Source of the DNA: Paramecium tetraurelia
Lineage: Eukaryota
Reading direction: 5' to 3'
Length of the DNA stretch: 58,326 nt
Assembly (NCBI GenBank): GCA_000165425.1
Contig: CT868152.1
Coordinates: forward strand, 496,001 to 554,326
Positions 13,017-26,158 of this stretch are shown here, piece after piece (the first letter of the stretch is position 1; each line of letters begins with the position of its first letter). Position numbers and translations under genes: made by a program. The notes beneath the pieces were generated by a model. The model made no database searches and was not told where the DNA came from. It worked only from the letters and a program-made list of their open reading frames with translations.

Positions 13017-15179
13017 ATGTAGTAATAAAAAGAATATATTCCAATAGTTTTGATTGATGACAAGATTAAATAGTAGAGAATCGAAACAGAATTCACAGAA
13101 GAGAAGTATAGACATATTTTAATATTTTCCTATTTAGACTACCATTAATTGAATCTGTAATTAAAACAAGCAAAACGAGTACTCATCTGCTAAATTCCAG
13201 AACCTCATCCACTAAATATATTATCCCAACTGGGATCAAGCCTATTGTTTTTCCCAACATTCTCTAAAAAACAAAAGAAGATATGATTAAATTGAGGAAA
13301 TATCAATTAGCTTAATTGCACTTTGAGGGTGATTAACACCAAAATGCTGCTATTTTGAAAACAGAAAACAGACCAAAGAAAACTGAAAGGGATAAGTCGA
13401 GCCAAAAAATGTATACTTAAGTTACAAAAAATTCATACAACAGACCAATAATAACTGAACTCACCACTCTCGCCAGAGACAATTATAGTGCTTCACCAAG
13501 GTCGGACTCCTTCAAATTTAGAAGTTTAAGTCCAGAAATTGAAAGCTAATTATGGTAGGTGAACAACAAAGTAAATCGAATTAACAAGGCATATGAAATA
13601 TAAAAAGAAATACATCATCTAGAACGATTTAAGACTCAGTGGAAAACTGATGTAATACAATAAAACTTATCCTAAAAAATTGTGCAAGTAGGGTTAAATA
13701 CAAAAAAGGGTCTAAGACCAATATTCATCTTAATTTTTTTACCGCATCAGAATATTCATTTGAGAAGTTCCCAAACTGAAGTCAAATCAATGTAATTATG
13801 ATTCATATATATTTAGAACAAATGAAGTTGAATTAAGTGTGTTTCCTTATTTTGTCCCAGTCTATGAGAAAATAATAAATGAGAAGGAAATTCATGAAAA
13901 TTATAAGGAATGGTTCTCATATTTTCTTGACATCTTACACTACAGAAGTTACATTCCCTCAGCCAAGACATTTACTTTGGACAGTATTGAAATTTCAGCA
14001 TTAACTTAAATCCCACAGTATGAAAAGTTTTTATACATCCAATTATAAGTAATGATTTAATTTAAATTAGGGGTAATTCGACTTTTGGAGTATCATGAAA
14101 TCAAAATTGAATCTTTCCGGAGAATTTTAAGTCGACAAATATCCGAAATTAGCAACCAAACTATTAGATCTTAGAAGTAAAGAAGAGGTCAGCAGATTTT
14201 TTTGTAAAAGGGAGAATTTATTGCCATTTTATTTTCGATAAGTTTAGATGGGAAGTCAAACCTTAATACCCTCGCAATATTATATTGAAATTGAAAATAA
14301 TATTAGGGAACCTGATGATGAGATGTTTGAATAATCAATTATTTAAATGAACGAAAAAGAATAAGATACCTATCTAAAATTATTGTAGCAATATATCCAT
14401 TCAAATAAATCGAAATATTCCAAAAAATTGAAGAATCTAGAAGAGAATATGAGATTGCGGTTAAAGAAGATCAAAGCAATGAGGAGATAATCTATTTAAG
14501 TCAGACTGAAAACAGTACTTTTATATAATTAATTTTAAAGAAACATTTTCTTAAACCTGAAGAAGAAGAGCATTTTGAAAGGAAACTATTATATGAAGAT
14601 GAAAAATCAATAGAAGAAATCTAAGAGGATGCTTATGATCATATCTTACCTTAAAATACACATATTTTCAAGAAGAAATCGAAACAGATTACATCAGTCG
14701 AGGATCCTTTTCAATCTTTTAGTGCGAAGGATAACCAAAAGTTTAAGGAAATCTTGCAATTGATAAATGTTGAGAAAATAGTGTTAGAGAAGAACTTATC
14801 AAGATAAGATGTTTATCATTACCTGTCACTTTTTAAGGCTTTGATGGATTCAGATACTCCTTAAAAAATTAAGGATGTAAAATATCCCACTCTGTTTATT
14901 TCATTGGATTAATTGCGCAGGGGTGTCCCATTCATCGCATTATATAAGAATAAGGTGAACACCAAGAAACTGGCCGAAGTGTACAGTAGAAAGTACAATT
15001 ATTGCGAATTCATGGAATTTTTGGATATATTCACTACGGATTACAAGGTGACAGAGTAGGAGTTGTAAGAGGTGGAATAGGAAATAATATATTCTTAATA
15101 GAAGCCAAATCAAGGAACATCTTCTGTTTTGTAGAAATAGGCATCTGTAATTTTGGGAACAGAGAATCAAAAAAAGTGA
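13017..15179 (+). CDS. Hypothetical protein
   Basis: Long ciliate-code reading frames linked by ~25-nt GT..AG introns; no recognised domain. Confidence 0.6.
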
Positions 15180-15248
15180 AATATATTTTGATATAACTGT
15201 TCATTAATTTTTAATAACACCAATAAAATAAATAAAGATTTATTAATA

Positions 15249-16912
15249 TCATTAAGTGAATTTATTTTATTAAGCTGGCGTTTGCTTTCGTTGGTTGTTG
15301 ATTGAATATTTATTGATTTCATGAATCTAACAAATTTCTTCCTAAATAACTTCGAAATCTTAATGATCTTCTTCGATTGCAATTTTGCATGGGTTTTATA
15401 CTTGTAAGGAATTTGATTGAGTTCTTTAAGGTGTTACATCTAAGGGTGGAATATGAAAAATACTTGATGATCCTGATAAAGAAAGATTTGAAATAGATTG
15501 GTTTAGCAATTAATTCATTATGGGACTTCTAGCAAAGATGTCAGGGTAATGCTGAAATTGTGGAATCATATTGGGGGGCATATATAATTAAGGAGGGTTC
15601 ATTTAGTAGACAGGAGCGAAACACTTTATAAACCAAGGATGGCAAAGTGCTTACTTGGCAGTGTACCTGGTTTGCGGATTTGGAGATAACATAATCATTA
15701 ACAGCTGTAAGGCTAGAGTTAATCTAAAATTTACCTTCAGGACTAATCTTTTATTATAAATTATTGATTGTGTAATCTATTTCACAATTATAATTTTTGA
15801 TAACAAGTTCATTTTTTGATTTAGTTTGAAATGGAGATTGTCCACTCAACCTTATATTTGTAAATCTTCACTTACATTATAAACATTAGAATTCCTGCAC
15901 TGAACACATCGACTTTGTAATCATAATTTTTCTCTTATAATATCTCAGGTGCTACATATCCTGGAGTTCCGCATCGTTTAAATAAATATTTGCCCTCTGG
16001 ATTGTAATAGTCAGCCAATCCAAAATCTGCTATATACACATCAGATGCATTGAGTGGTGAACGAAGGATTAAATTTTCTGGCTTATTTTTTATATTATAA
16101 TATTATACTTTTATGTCTCTATGTATAATGCCTTGAGAATGCAAATAATCTAAAGAGTTAAGTAGGTTATGCATTAACAACGCTACTTGAATTTCGTTGA
16201 ACCCCTAGGGTTAATTTCGAAGATACTGAAATAATTCCCCTCCTTCCAAATAATCTGTTACCAACCATATATGATGTTCAGTTTCATAAACTTCATATAA
16301 TCTAATGATCCCTTAGAATTATATTTTTCGCATAATGCTGATCTCTAATTTTAAAGCATCCTAATATATTTGAAACTATAAATATTACCCTTTCAAGAGT
16401 GAGATTTTTGAAGCTTTTCTTCTCGAAGGACTTGACAGCATATGCAAAATTATCCCTACCGATTGCCTTGTAGACCTAAGAATTGAAAACAGATAGATTA
16501 CTTTGGCAAAATTTCCTTAACCTTATATTTTCAATAGTTTATAATCTTCGTTAAAAGATCTTTAAATAGCATATTTCTTGATCAGCTGAAACCATAATTA
16601 GTATTCTTATTCATTAGTAGTAAATTCGATTTATTTTTTATTTCTGCTTAATCTAAAAGTAAATGGCTAGTTAGTTTATTCTAGAATAATATTGTTGAGA
16701 TCAATGTGTCTTTTGTAGGCAGTGTCCACCTCTACCAAATATTCATTAGAGATGAAAAACTTCCCTTTTTTAATTGATTAAGAATTTGTTTTTTTGATTG
16801 TCAATATGCTAGATATTTGATATAATTTAAAGTCAGGCTTAGTTTTTTACCATAACGATTTGTTGGGCTCATCAAACAATGAAACAAAGTTTTTGTTACT
16901 CTCTTTATTCAT
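15249..16912 (-). CDS. Ser/Thr protein kinase (CAMK-like) with N-terminal extension
   Basis: GQGNFAKV, AVK, HRDIKPEN, DFGLAD, CGTPGYVAPE, DVFSAG motifs; three short introns. Confidence 0.93.
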
Positions 16913-18014
16913 TAAAAAAATAATAATGAAAGGATTTATTAATAAAAATAAAATGATATTAAGTTATATGATATCACTGATATAATATGACATCACCATC
17001 CTCTCGATCTTTTCATCAACTTTCGATCTAATTTTTATTTATAATCATAAAAATATGAAATATCAATAAAATTATTTTCAACATACATTTTTGAGTTATC
17101 TATGATAAACAATTTTAAATTTATGAACAATTACAAGTGAGCTTAACAAATCCCCATAAATCCACTGTCCAAAATAGATTTCAGAACTTATAATTAATTT
17201 TATAATCAAATAATTTACTGACAATCTCCGATTTCCATATTCATTCCAAAACATTCTCGTTTCTTGTTTGCCCACATTACACTAAAAATCCCCTCATTAA
17301 CAAAGAAAACCAATCAAATGAGAAATAATCTTCCCTGCCAAATATAACTAAAAGGAATGGAGAACCTATTAATCAAATATCAAGAAAGCTATCTTTAGGT
17401 TAAATTTCTAGTTGATATTTGTGTTCTTTCAAATTCATCCAACAATTACACTGCTTGACCGAAATCGTAAATCCTTCATTATAAAACATGTATTTTAAGA
17501 CAGATTAGATAATTGAAGGTCTTTTTGAAACAACACTCTCATAATTATTAATTATTGATATTTAAGTGGAATTATATAATCATTTATTTATTAAGGTTTC
17601 TATTATTATCTCCTTGTTTTGTCAATCCAAAGAATTCATCATTTACTATTCCTAATTGAGTCTTACTTGGTTCTAACATCACCTTGCATTTGTCTAAATT
17701 ATTACATTATAGGATCTTCAAGCTTTTATACTAATTGTATCTTATAAACCTAATTGCCATTAAAATCCATAATTGGCTACACATTTGTAATAATATTAGA
17801 TCCAAGAATGATAGAACAAATGTCAATGCAAATTTATGCTAAAATAATCAATAAAATGAATGTAATCTAAAAAAGTAAACACAAATCCTTACGATTCCGA
17901 TTGCAAATTCTAATAGAAATATGAAAATATGAACATTTTATAGATTATCAAAATTTATTAAATAGAAAATATCATCCCTTTAATAAGGGCTAACAACCTA
18001 AATAGTCATCCATT

Positions 18015-18087
18015 GATCGCGTGGTGTAGGGGTTATCACGCGTCCCTAACAAGGACGAGGCCGCCAGTTCGAGACTGGCCGTGATCA
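18015..18087 (+). tRNA. tRNA-Val (anticodon AAC)
   Basis: Cloverleaf: acceptor GATCGCG/CGTGATC+A, anticodon arm CGTCC-CTAACAA-GGACG, T arm GCCAG-TTCGAGA-CTGGC; GC-rich island in AT-rich DNA. Confidence 0.95.
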
Positions 18088-18089
18088 TG

Positions 18090-18095
18090 TTTTTT
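18090..18095 (+). terminator. Pol III oligo-T terminator of tRNA-Val
   Basis: T6 run starting 3 nt after the discriminator base. Confidence 0.75.
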
Positions 18096-19199
18096 CATTT
18101 TTTGTATTAAAATTAATTGATTTCAAATAAATCAATATAGAAATAATTAAAACATAAAAAACTTACATATAATTATTAATTAATTAATCCTTTTTTAAGC
18201 CGATATCAGCTTATATTATAATTCATCTGAGTCAATTCAATATAAACCATCATAGCCATCGGAAATAATGATTATTCATATATTTTGATAATTCCTTAGG
18301 AACTACAAATAAATGGTATTTTTCTATATATAATGCATTTATTAATTTTTTGTAAAAAATTCAATTCACTTTTTCTTTTAAAATGGCTCAAAAATATCTG
18401 TAATTTTTTCTATAAATAGAGGATTATCTAATGGCTCTCCGTGAACATAAAATGGATTTCTTTTGATAATTTCTAAATAGTTTGTGTACACCTCCTTAAG
18501 AGTTTCTGAATAATCAGTTTAATCAGAGATGTTTGAGAGTAAGATAATTTTCACACCCGAACACATTTCATAAATGGTGAACTTAAAATAGCTGGTTTAG
18601 AAGTATTTGAAATTCGTAATTGGTTCACTTGAAAAGGCTTAACTAAAGCCTTTCAAACCTTCACTTACACCATATATATTTTGTATTCTATTTTGCTTCA
18701 AAAGATCTTGAATCTCTGATTTTATAGTGACCATTCCTTTCGCGAAATTCCAATAGAACACAAGATTCTTATATCCTTGGAATATAATCAATTCGAACAA
18801 GTTGTCTTAATCTATATATTTTGTATTAAGCATTTTGGTAATTTTTAATAAATACAATAATTTTTTTTTCCCCTATGTAATGGCTATACACTCTTTATTT
18901 CTTCAATATTTTCCTCTGTAATAAATTATTTTTTGCTTAAATAAAATTTAATATGTATTTTAATGATTTGTAAGTCAATTCTAAAGAAATCTAATCTTAC
19001 AGAATACTTTAGAACTTTAATGTTATTTAGTAATTAAGAGAGTTCTAATTATTACAATAGCATTTAACTGATTCTTAATAATTCTAGTTCTAATAGAAAT
19101 ACAGAAACTTTAATTATATTATGGATAGTTTTAAGCATCTTTCATAACCTAATTAATTAATTGCAATGTGAATAAACCTTTAAAAATAAATAATAAAAT

Positions 19200-19849
19200 T
19201 CAATATTCTAGATCTCTCTTTTTAAATTAATCCAAAATTGGCAATATAAACTTAAAAACATTGTTTAGGTCTTCTGTCTTTTTTCCTCCTGTGATTACAC
19301 ATCTACCACTAACAAAAATTAGTAAAGTTATTTTCTTTTGGTCTGTAATTTTCCTAAATATCAATCCAGGGAAGATTTCAGGTTCATATTAGACGACTGA
19401 TCGATATTATTAGTCTTTCAGTAAATTCGTCTAATTTGATTGGCTTTCTGAAGTCGAAGCTTGCAACAATGTTCTGTATTGTAAAGTTTTTGAACACAAC
19501 AGGGAAACCTAATTTGTTAATAATCTTTGCATATTTTCTAGCCGCAATCAAAGATTAATCTTCTGATTTTGCTCCTGTACAAACCATTTTTCCAGATTAA
19601 AATATTAGAGCAGTTGTACTAGGATTACTTAATCGCATAATCACAGCTGAAAATCGCTTAGGATCTAGATTAACAACAAAGAATACTGTATTCGGCCATT
19701 CTTGCCCCATTAGAAATGACAACCAAATTTAATTCTGTTCCCAGATCGACAGTAGATACAACATTTTAGATTTTTGGAGGGTGGGTGCTACGTATCAATT
19801 CTTCTAGTCTCTCATTGATTTCTGGTATGGCTTATAATTCATTTTTCAT
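19200..19849 (-). CDS. TBP: TATA-binding protein (one apparent +1 frameshift near 19424)
   Basis: [75 protein letters not shown]; 22-nt intron 19665-19686. Confidence 0.95.
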
Positions 19850-19937
19850 CAAATATATAAAAATATATAAACTTATTTTGCTGAATTTGGACTTATACTA
19901 AGTAATTATAATGATTAATCTTAAATATAATGTATAA

Positions 19938-21269
19938 TCAATAAGCCTAATAGTCTTAAGCCTAATTTGTTCTTACAGAATTTGTTACTTACCTAACTTA
20001 GCTAGTAGCTTATTTGACAGACACAAATTTAAATCCTTTTCCACTCTTGATTGCTTCATTTTAAGCTTCTGACATTTATATTTCATCCTGCACTTCAGTC
20101 AATCTCGAATTCAATTGCATTACTTTTTATCTGAGTTGCTATAATTATAAGTCATATTCTCGTGTAGCCTCTGTGGCTGGATCATGTTAATACATAAGAT
20201 CATTTAGTTTATTTCTCAGAATTACTACAGAATTCATTTTCATTCTTTAAATGTGTTCTAAATGTCCAACCTCCAATTGTAATTACTCAATCTAAACGTT
20301 AATAATGTACTGTTACTTTTTGAGTGTCTTCTGATTTGGTAGGTAAATCCTTTTTCAGCTTTTTCTAATTAATCTTCTCCCACAACTAATACATTTGTTA
20401 TTCTAATTGATAAACCTGATGCCTCCAATATAATTCAATTTCTTCTTAACTATATTAAGAATTGCCATCTTTGTTTATTACTTTATACTAGACAGTTTAC
20501 AAAAATGATGGAATAAAGTTTTGAGTTTAATATTAAGTTGTGAGTGAATAGGCTTGTTTCAAGGCTTCATATTACTCTAATTACTCTTGGTATTAGGATT
20601 ACAATTAAGAATACGCTAAGTTGTGTTATTAAATTTCTTCAGATTATTTGTAGTATTTCTCAGCCCATTCTTTTTATTTCAATAACAATTCTTGCTATAT
20701 TAACTGAGATTGTTAAAGTTATTAATTAAATTATTAAGTATTTATGTTAGTTTGAGTTATTTAAGCCTATTAAATTTAAGGTTGCACTTGATATTACTAT
20801 TAAATTGGTGGTTGATAAATAGCCTATTAGATTATGTTTGATTAAGTGTTGATGGCCATAGGAGATTATTGTAGTTGAATAGGAGCTTGCTACATAATCA
20901 CTGGAGATTATTGAACCAATATTGGGGACTTCTATTGAATGATGGGGGGTGTATTGATTATTTAAGAAGTTATTGGCATCACTCTGGGAGGAGTAATTGC
21001 TTATTGTTATCTTAGTTGCATTGGTGATAAAGCAACACCTTCGATCACCTTTCGAGAGACTATTCTCTCAGGAGATGTGTACACAACTAATTATTTTTAA
21101 ATTTAGAACCTCTCCCTCGAATTTGTTATCCAGTCATTGCGTGTGATGACTAAACGAAATTGGATTCTGTTTATGAAGTATGCTCTCCTGATTGACATAA
21201 TGGACACTAAGGTTCATATTAATCAGAGTAATAAGTCATTACTCCAACTGGTTATGGTGGCAATTACAT
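19938..21269 (-). CDS. Hypothetical Pro/Gln-rich protein with C-terminal coiled coil
   Basis: Open ciliate-code frame from ATG (MQLPPQPVGV...) to TGA; low-complexity P/Q/S region followed by heptad-rich region. Confidence 0.65.
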
Positions 21270-21441
21270 AAATTTATTTATGAATAAAGGAAATAAATTT
21301 TATCTTAGTTATTTTTAAATTAAATTTTCTCTATATTTATTAATAAAATTCAGTCATTTAAATGTCTTATTGTTGATTATTAAACAAGAATTTCACTTCT
21401 TTTAACCATTTTATAATTATATTAATTAATATTATTATATT

Positions 21442-22455
21442 ATGCTTGGGTAGTTTCATTCGAAATATGAAATTGACGATTTATTTAGAAAAATCATCGA
21501 AGATAAGTATGAACTCATGTAACGTACAAAAGCAGATAATCCTAATTTACTTTTACCTAAGGATTTTAGTAAATTCATTACGGAAAGATTATTCATGGAT
21601 TTCCTACTCACTATTTACGATTATTGTGTAGAACTCCACAAATTAGAAAAGAAATAAGCCATTTTGGATCAATAAGGTAAGGAGAGAAATGGAGTAGCTC
21701 CGAAATTATTATCATCTGAAACAGATAAAATTAATTAAAAATTAAAGGAGATATCTGAAATCTATTCTAAAATCCTTTTAAAAAAAGGCACATACAACAT
21801 TATTATCAAAGACTAGAAATTCTTCGAGACCTTGATTTATTTTATTACTTAAGTAAAATACTCGTAATAACTTAGGTGTTGAAAGAAGTCTTTGACAAGA
21901 GTGATTTTAAATATGTAGAGGAAGAAATTAATAGGATTTTTAGAACTAACCCATTCAATCTGTTAAAAAGAAAAAATATAAATGAAAAGATAGAACAAAA
22001 ACATTTTGGAGCAAGAGACTATAAAGTTGTCAAGCAGGATTTTAACCCAGATGATGACTTATCTAAAAATGACTTGATTTAAAGAATTCTAACCAGGAGG
22101 GGCATGCCAAAAGTAAAATAAATTAAAATCATAGAGCATAGACAGAGAGATGATGGTTGAAAAGTCAAATCTAAAGCCTTTCTTTATAAGATCAACCCGA
22201 TGTGCTGCCATTAATGCCAGATCTCCTTTGATTGCAATTATGCTTCCTTCAGTTAAAGAGAGATTATTTCAAATGGAAAACGAAAGAAAATAAATGACAT
22301 CCAGATTTACTTAAAAGTAAAGACCCGTTAAGGATTAAGTGGAATTTTGGATTTAAGATTTAGAAAATAGACAAGCAAGAATGAAAAGTGAACATGAAAA
22401 TACTCATGATAAATCAAAATTTAATAATAAGGGATCATAATCATTCTGCTAATGA
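21442..22455 (+). CDS. PPP1R36-like (putative PP1 regulatory subunit) protein
   Basis: KDQKFFETLIYFI...VEEEINRIFRTNPFN and INARSPLIAIMLPS resemble recalled PPP1R36/PPPI_inhib family motifs; two short introns. Confidence 0.6.
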
Positions 22456-22700
22456 AATATATTAATTACTAACAAATTTATAGTTGAATTTATAGCAGTT
22501 GGCTGTTAATTATCTATTAAACTCTCTTTATTGTTATTGAATAATTTTCAATCTAAGATATTTATTTTATAAAGCTTAAGAGATATAATTACATATCATG
22601 AATGATTTGAAATAAGTATAAATAAAGACAAGTAAATAAAAATAAATATATAAATTAATCTATGTAAATAAAAAATTTGTAATAAAATAATGTTATATTT

Positions 22701-23757
22701 TCAAGCAAATATTTTCCTAATAAATTCTTTTTCTTGTTCACTTAATTTTGCTGGCATTTTAACAATGAATTTTATATACAGATCACCTTTAACACTTGGG
22801 AGCTAATGAATTGGCATACCTTCTTAAGCAATTTACTTGACCTAATAGAATTTTATTATAATTTATATACTTCAAATGGTTAGATAATTTTATTGCTTTC
22901 GACCTCAACATAGTGATTGTCCAAATGCTTGACTCTCTTCTTAAATCCTAAAATGGCTTCCTTTAATGTGATTTCCATATCCATGTACAGATCGTTGCCT
23001 CTTCTTTCAAATAGAGGATGTTTCATTTATCTTAAATAAAAGATGACATCTCCTGGGAAATAATCAGGACTCTGTTCGCTTTCTCCTCTGAAAACAATGG
23101 TTTATCCATCAGTCATGCCTCTTTCTACCTCTATTTGTAATGTCTTTGACGTTTATTAGACTCTATTTCCTCTACAATTAGAACAATTTCCTGAACTAAT
23201 CTTACCTCTTCCTCCACATCTGTCACATGCAGTTTGCATTTAGACAGTGAATCCTATACCCATGTTGACATTTTGCATTCTCTAACCTCTACCATTGCAA
23301 TGCTTGCAGATTTTTAATGTTCCATCTTTAGATCCAGTTCCTTTACACTACTTGCATAAGACTTTCTTTTGCAAAGTAAATTCTCTATCTGTGCCATTAT
23401 ATAATTCTTCTAGAGTAACATGAATTTCAGCTTAAGCATTAGGACCTTTTTATCGATTATAATTTTGTGGATTTGTAAGGGCTTCCTCACCATAGCTAGA
23501 AATATTATGAAAAGGCCTTACAAGTCATAGATCATTCTTTTTTCAGGATCTGTCAGTATTTCATAAGCCTTATTGATATCTTGGAATCTCTTTGTGGCTT
23601 GCTTGTCTCCTGGGTTTTTGTCTGGATGATAAGTCACGGAGAGCTTTCTAAAGGCCTTCTTGATATCATTGTCACTTGCTTCTGGTGACACTTCTAGTAA
23701 TTTGTAATAGTCTTCAGCAGCAACGATAGTTAGAAGAACGAATAAATACACGTACAT
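22701..23757 (-). CDS. Signal-peptide DnaJ/Hsp40 co-chaperone (ERdj3/Scj1-like) with zinc finger
   Basis: Signal peptide, J domain with HPDKN, CxxCxGxG repeats and DnaJ C-terminal domain (GEGMP-like QEGMP...GDLYIKF). Introns 23496-23521 and 22842-22870 restore the frame. Confidence 0.93.
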
Positions 23758-23797
23758 ATATTTTTAAATGATAATATTTTTTTGGTTTGTCTCACAC

Positions 23798-25482
23798 TCA
23801 TCTTTATCGATTATCCTTTGTAATAACTCTTTCTTCTACAACTGCCTGTTATGCTGGTATCATCATGTAGTATTGCATTTGCATAGTTTACATTTACAGT
23901 TATCTTTAATAAGCCACTATAAATAAAGAAAAGATAATTAGTATAAGTGTTAAATTTACCTTATTCTTCTGGGGTTCTAAACTCTGGCATAGTTTACTAG
24001 GGAGCCATTTCATTGTTGGTTATTTAATAATTAGCTAAAGCATTCGGAGGGTTGATCAACAAGGGTCTAAGTTAAATATTTTAGTTTACGTTGGAATATT
24101 GATGGTGCTGGGATCTACACAAGTTTTAGCAAAGTAAGCTCTATTTATTATCACAAATTAATTACTTTTTAGCTCCTTCTAATAGTGTTTCGATTTCTCT
24201 GATGGCAATGTTCAGTTATTCCTCAGTACCACTTAAAACAAATGCCTTGTGATCTGGTCTGACTTGATAATCAGGACTTTAAGTGATGGCAACAAAGGCA
24301 CCACTTCTTTCGCTGATTGCTTTGATAGTCACTCCTTTTTTGCCGATGATTAGTGCTACAAATTAATCATGTACTTGGAATTCAATTTTCTTAGCACCAG
24401 GAGCAGTCCTGACTTTTCTCTGAGTATCAATAATTTCTTATAACAAACCCTAGCATTTTTTCACACAATCGGGATCACCAACAATAAATACATTTCTTGT
24501 TTGAGACCCAGGAGCAGAATCAGCAGCCACTTATACATTCTTGCATCCAGATTTCTCTTTCAATTATTAAATTGTTTCTCCTTTTACTCCAATCACTAAT
24601 CCTACAAACTCATTTGGCACTGGATAAACATAAGCATCCTTGCTAGGGGGTCCATAGGGAGTAGTCATAGATAAGTCACTTGGATCTACACTACCAGTTG
24701 ATGCTATTGGCTGAGCTGTTGTGGGAGTCTATTACGATTAAGCAATTAATTTCATTTATTCCTATCTATATCTTTATACTATTAATCAAATATCATTATT
24801 ACATTCATCAGCATCAGCCAATAATATTCTCTCTATTCTATCACAAGCATTAGCTGCTTATTATGGAGTCTCTGCAACCACCAAAACATGTAAATCTTCA
24901 TCGTCATCAGGTTGAGGAGGCTATTCTGGCTTTTAAGATCCTCTGCCTCTGACCAATATTTTAGCTCCTGTTTCTTCTTCCAATTTTTTTTGACTCACTC
25001 CCTTGGGTCCAATAATCAGACCAATATAATTGAATGACAGATCAGGAGGAATCTTAATCTTTCTTCTTACTTTAGTTGGGTCATTAAGCATTTTTAATAT
25101 TGTCGGATTCATACCAGGTACCTTTAATAGCTAATTACCATTACAAATGTATATTGCATCTGTGTTTGCATTGTGTGAGACTATGGAACAATCAAGGCTT
25201 GAGCAGCTAAAAATTTTAATGTCTTCTACTTTGTGGTGTGGCAGAGGTTTTTGGATTATTGTACATATCCCTCAAAAAGTCATCTGTATTTCCAGTCTTT
25301 GGTTGTGAAGCTACTCCCCAACCTGTTGATCTTCCCGGTCCGGTCTCTACTTTCTTCCTATCTCTTTCTTTCGATTTTGATTATTTTCTCTCCTTAGATC
25401 TAGACCTTTATTTTTCCTTAGATTTAGATCTATTCTTCTTTTTAGGAGTCCTCGACCTTGATTATTTTTTCCCTTTTCCCAT
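23798..25482 (-). CDS. RS-rich, SF1/BBP-type KH-QUA2 plus two further KH domains RNA-binding protein
   Basis: N-terminal RS/K repeats; [33 protein letters not shown]...EDLHVLV (SF1-type KH); [16 protein letters not shown] and [16 protein letters not shown] (GxxG KH domains); several short introns. Confidence 0.85.
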
Positions 25483-26158
25483 ATTTTATTTATTTAAAAT
25501 ATTGCTTTTATTGTTAACATAAATTTATAAATAGATATTCAACCCAACTTGTTAAAATATTACTTTCTATTTGAATAGTAAGTAATTGCTATTCTATTCA
25601 CTTTTCTTATATTGATAAACAAAATTAGTATGTCAAAAGAGAGATTTTCATTTTTTCTAACATTCTCATAACATAAAACTATTGAAAAAGAATACTATTT
25701 CAATCATAATGGAATAATAGGTGTGTCTCATATAAAAAGAAGGTCGAATTGGAGTGATTAAAATAAGAATGGAAGATTAGAACATTTTAATATGATATAA
25801 TAATAATTATTCTGGCAATTATTAATTTTATATCTAAATTATAGATGTAATTCAAATTAATCCCTTCATTTTTATTATTTTCTCTAACTCATCAGATTGA
25901 TACGAAGATTAGTAATAAAAAGGTGATATTTTGAATTTCAAGAGTAAGTTGAGTTAGTTTATGCATCTGTTCAGATCAATAGCCTAATTTAAATAATTGC
26001 ATTTGTTGTTATAACAATTTTGAATTACATCCTCAATCACACAAAGGTTAATACTCTAGTGAAGTGTGTGATATTAAAAATTGGGATAATAATACTCATA
26101 TATATAAATAATTTGTTCTAAATAGATTTCAGTAATTTAATAAAAATTATACCTAATT

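Noticed and set aside
16985..18870. Short coding-like frames on either side of the tRNA
   Set aside because: No consistent ATG-to-TGA model could be built; may be relics or small genes but unsupported.
18015..19849. Functional link between tRNA-Val and the nearby TBP gene
   Set aside because: Proximity only; nothing in the sequence supports a link.
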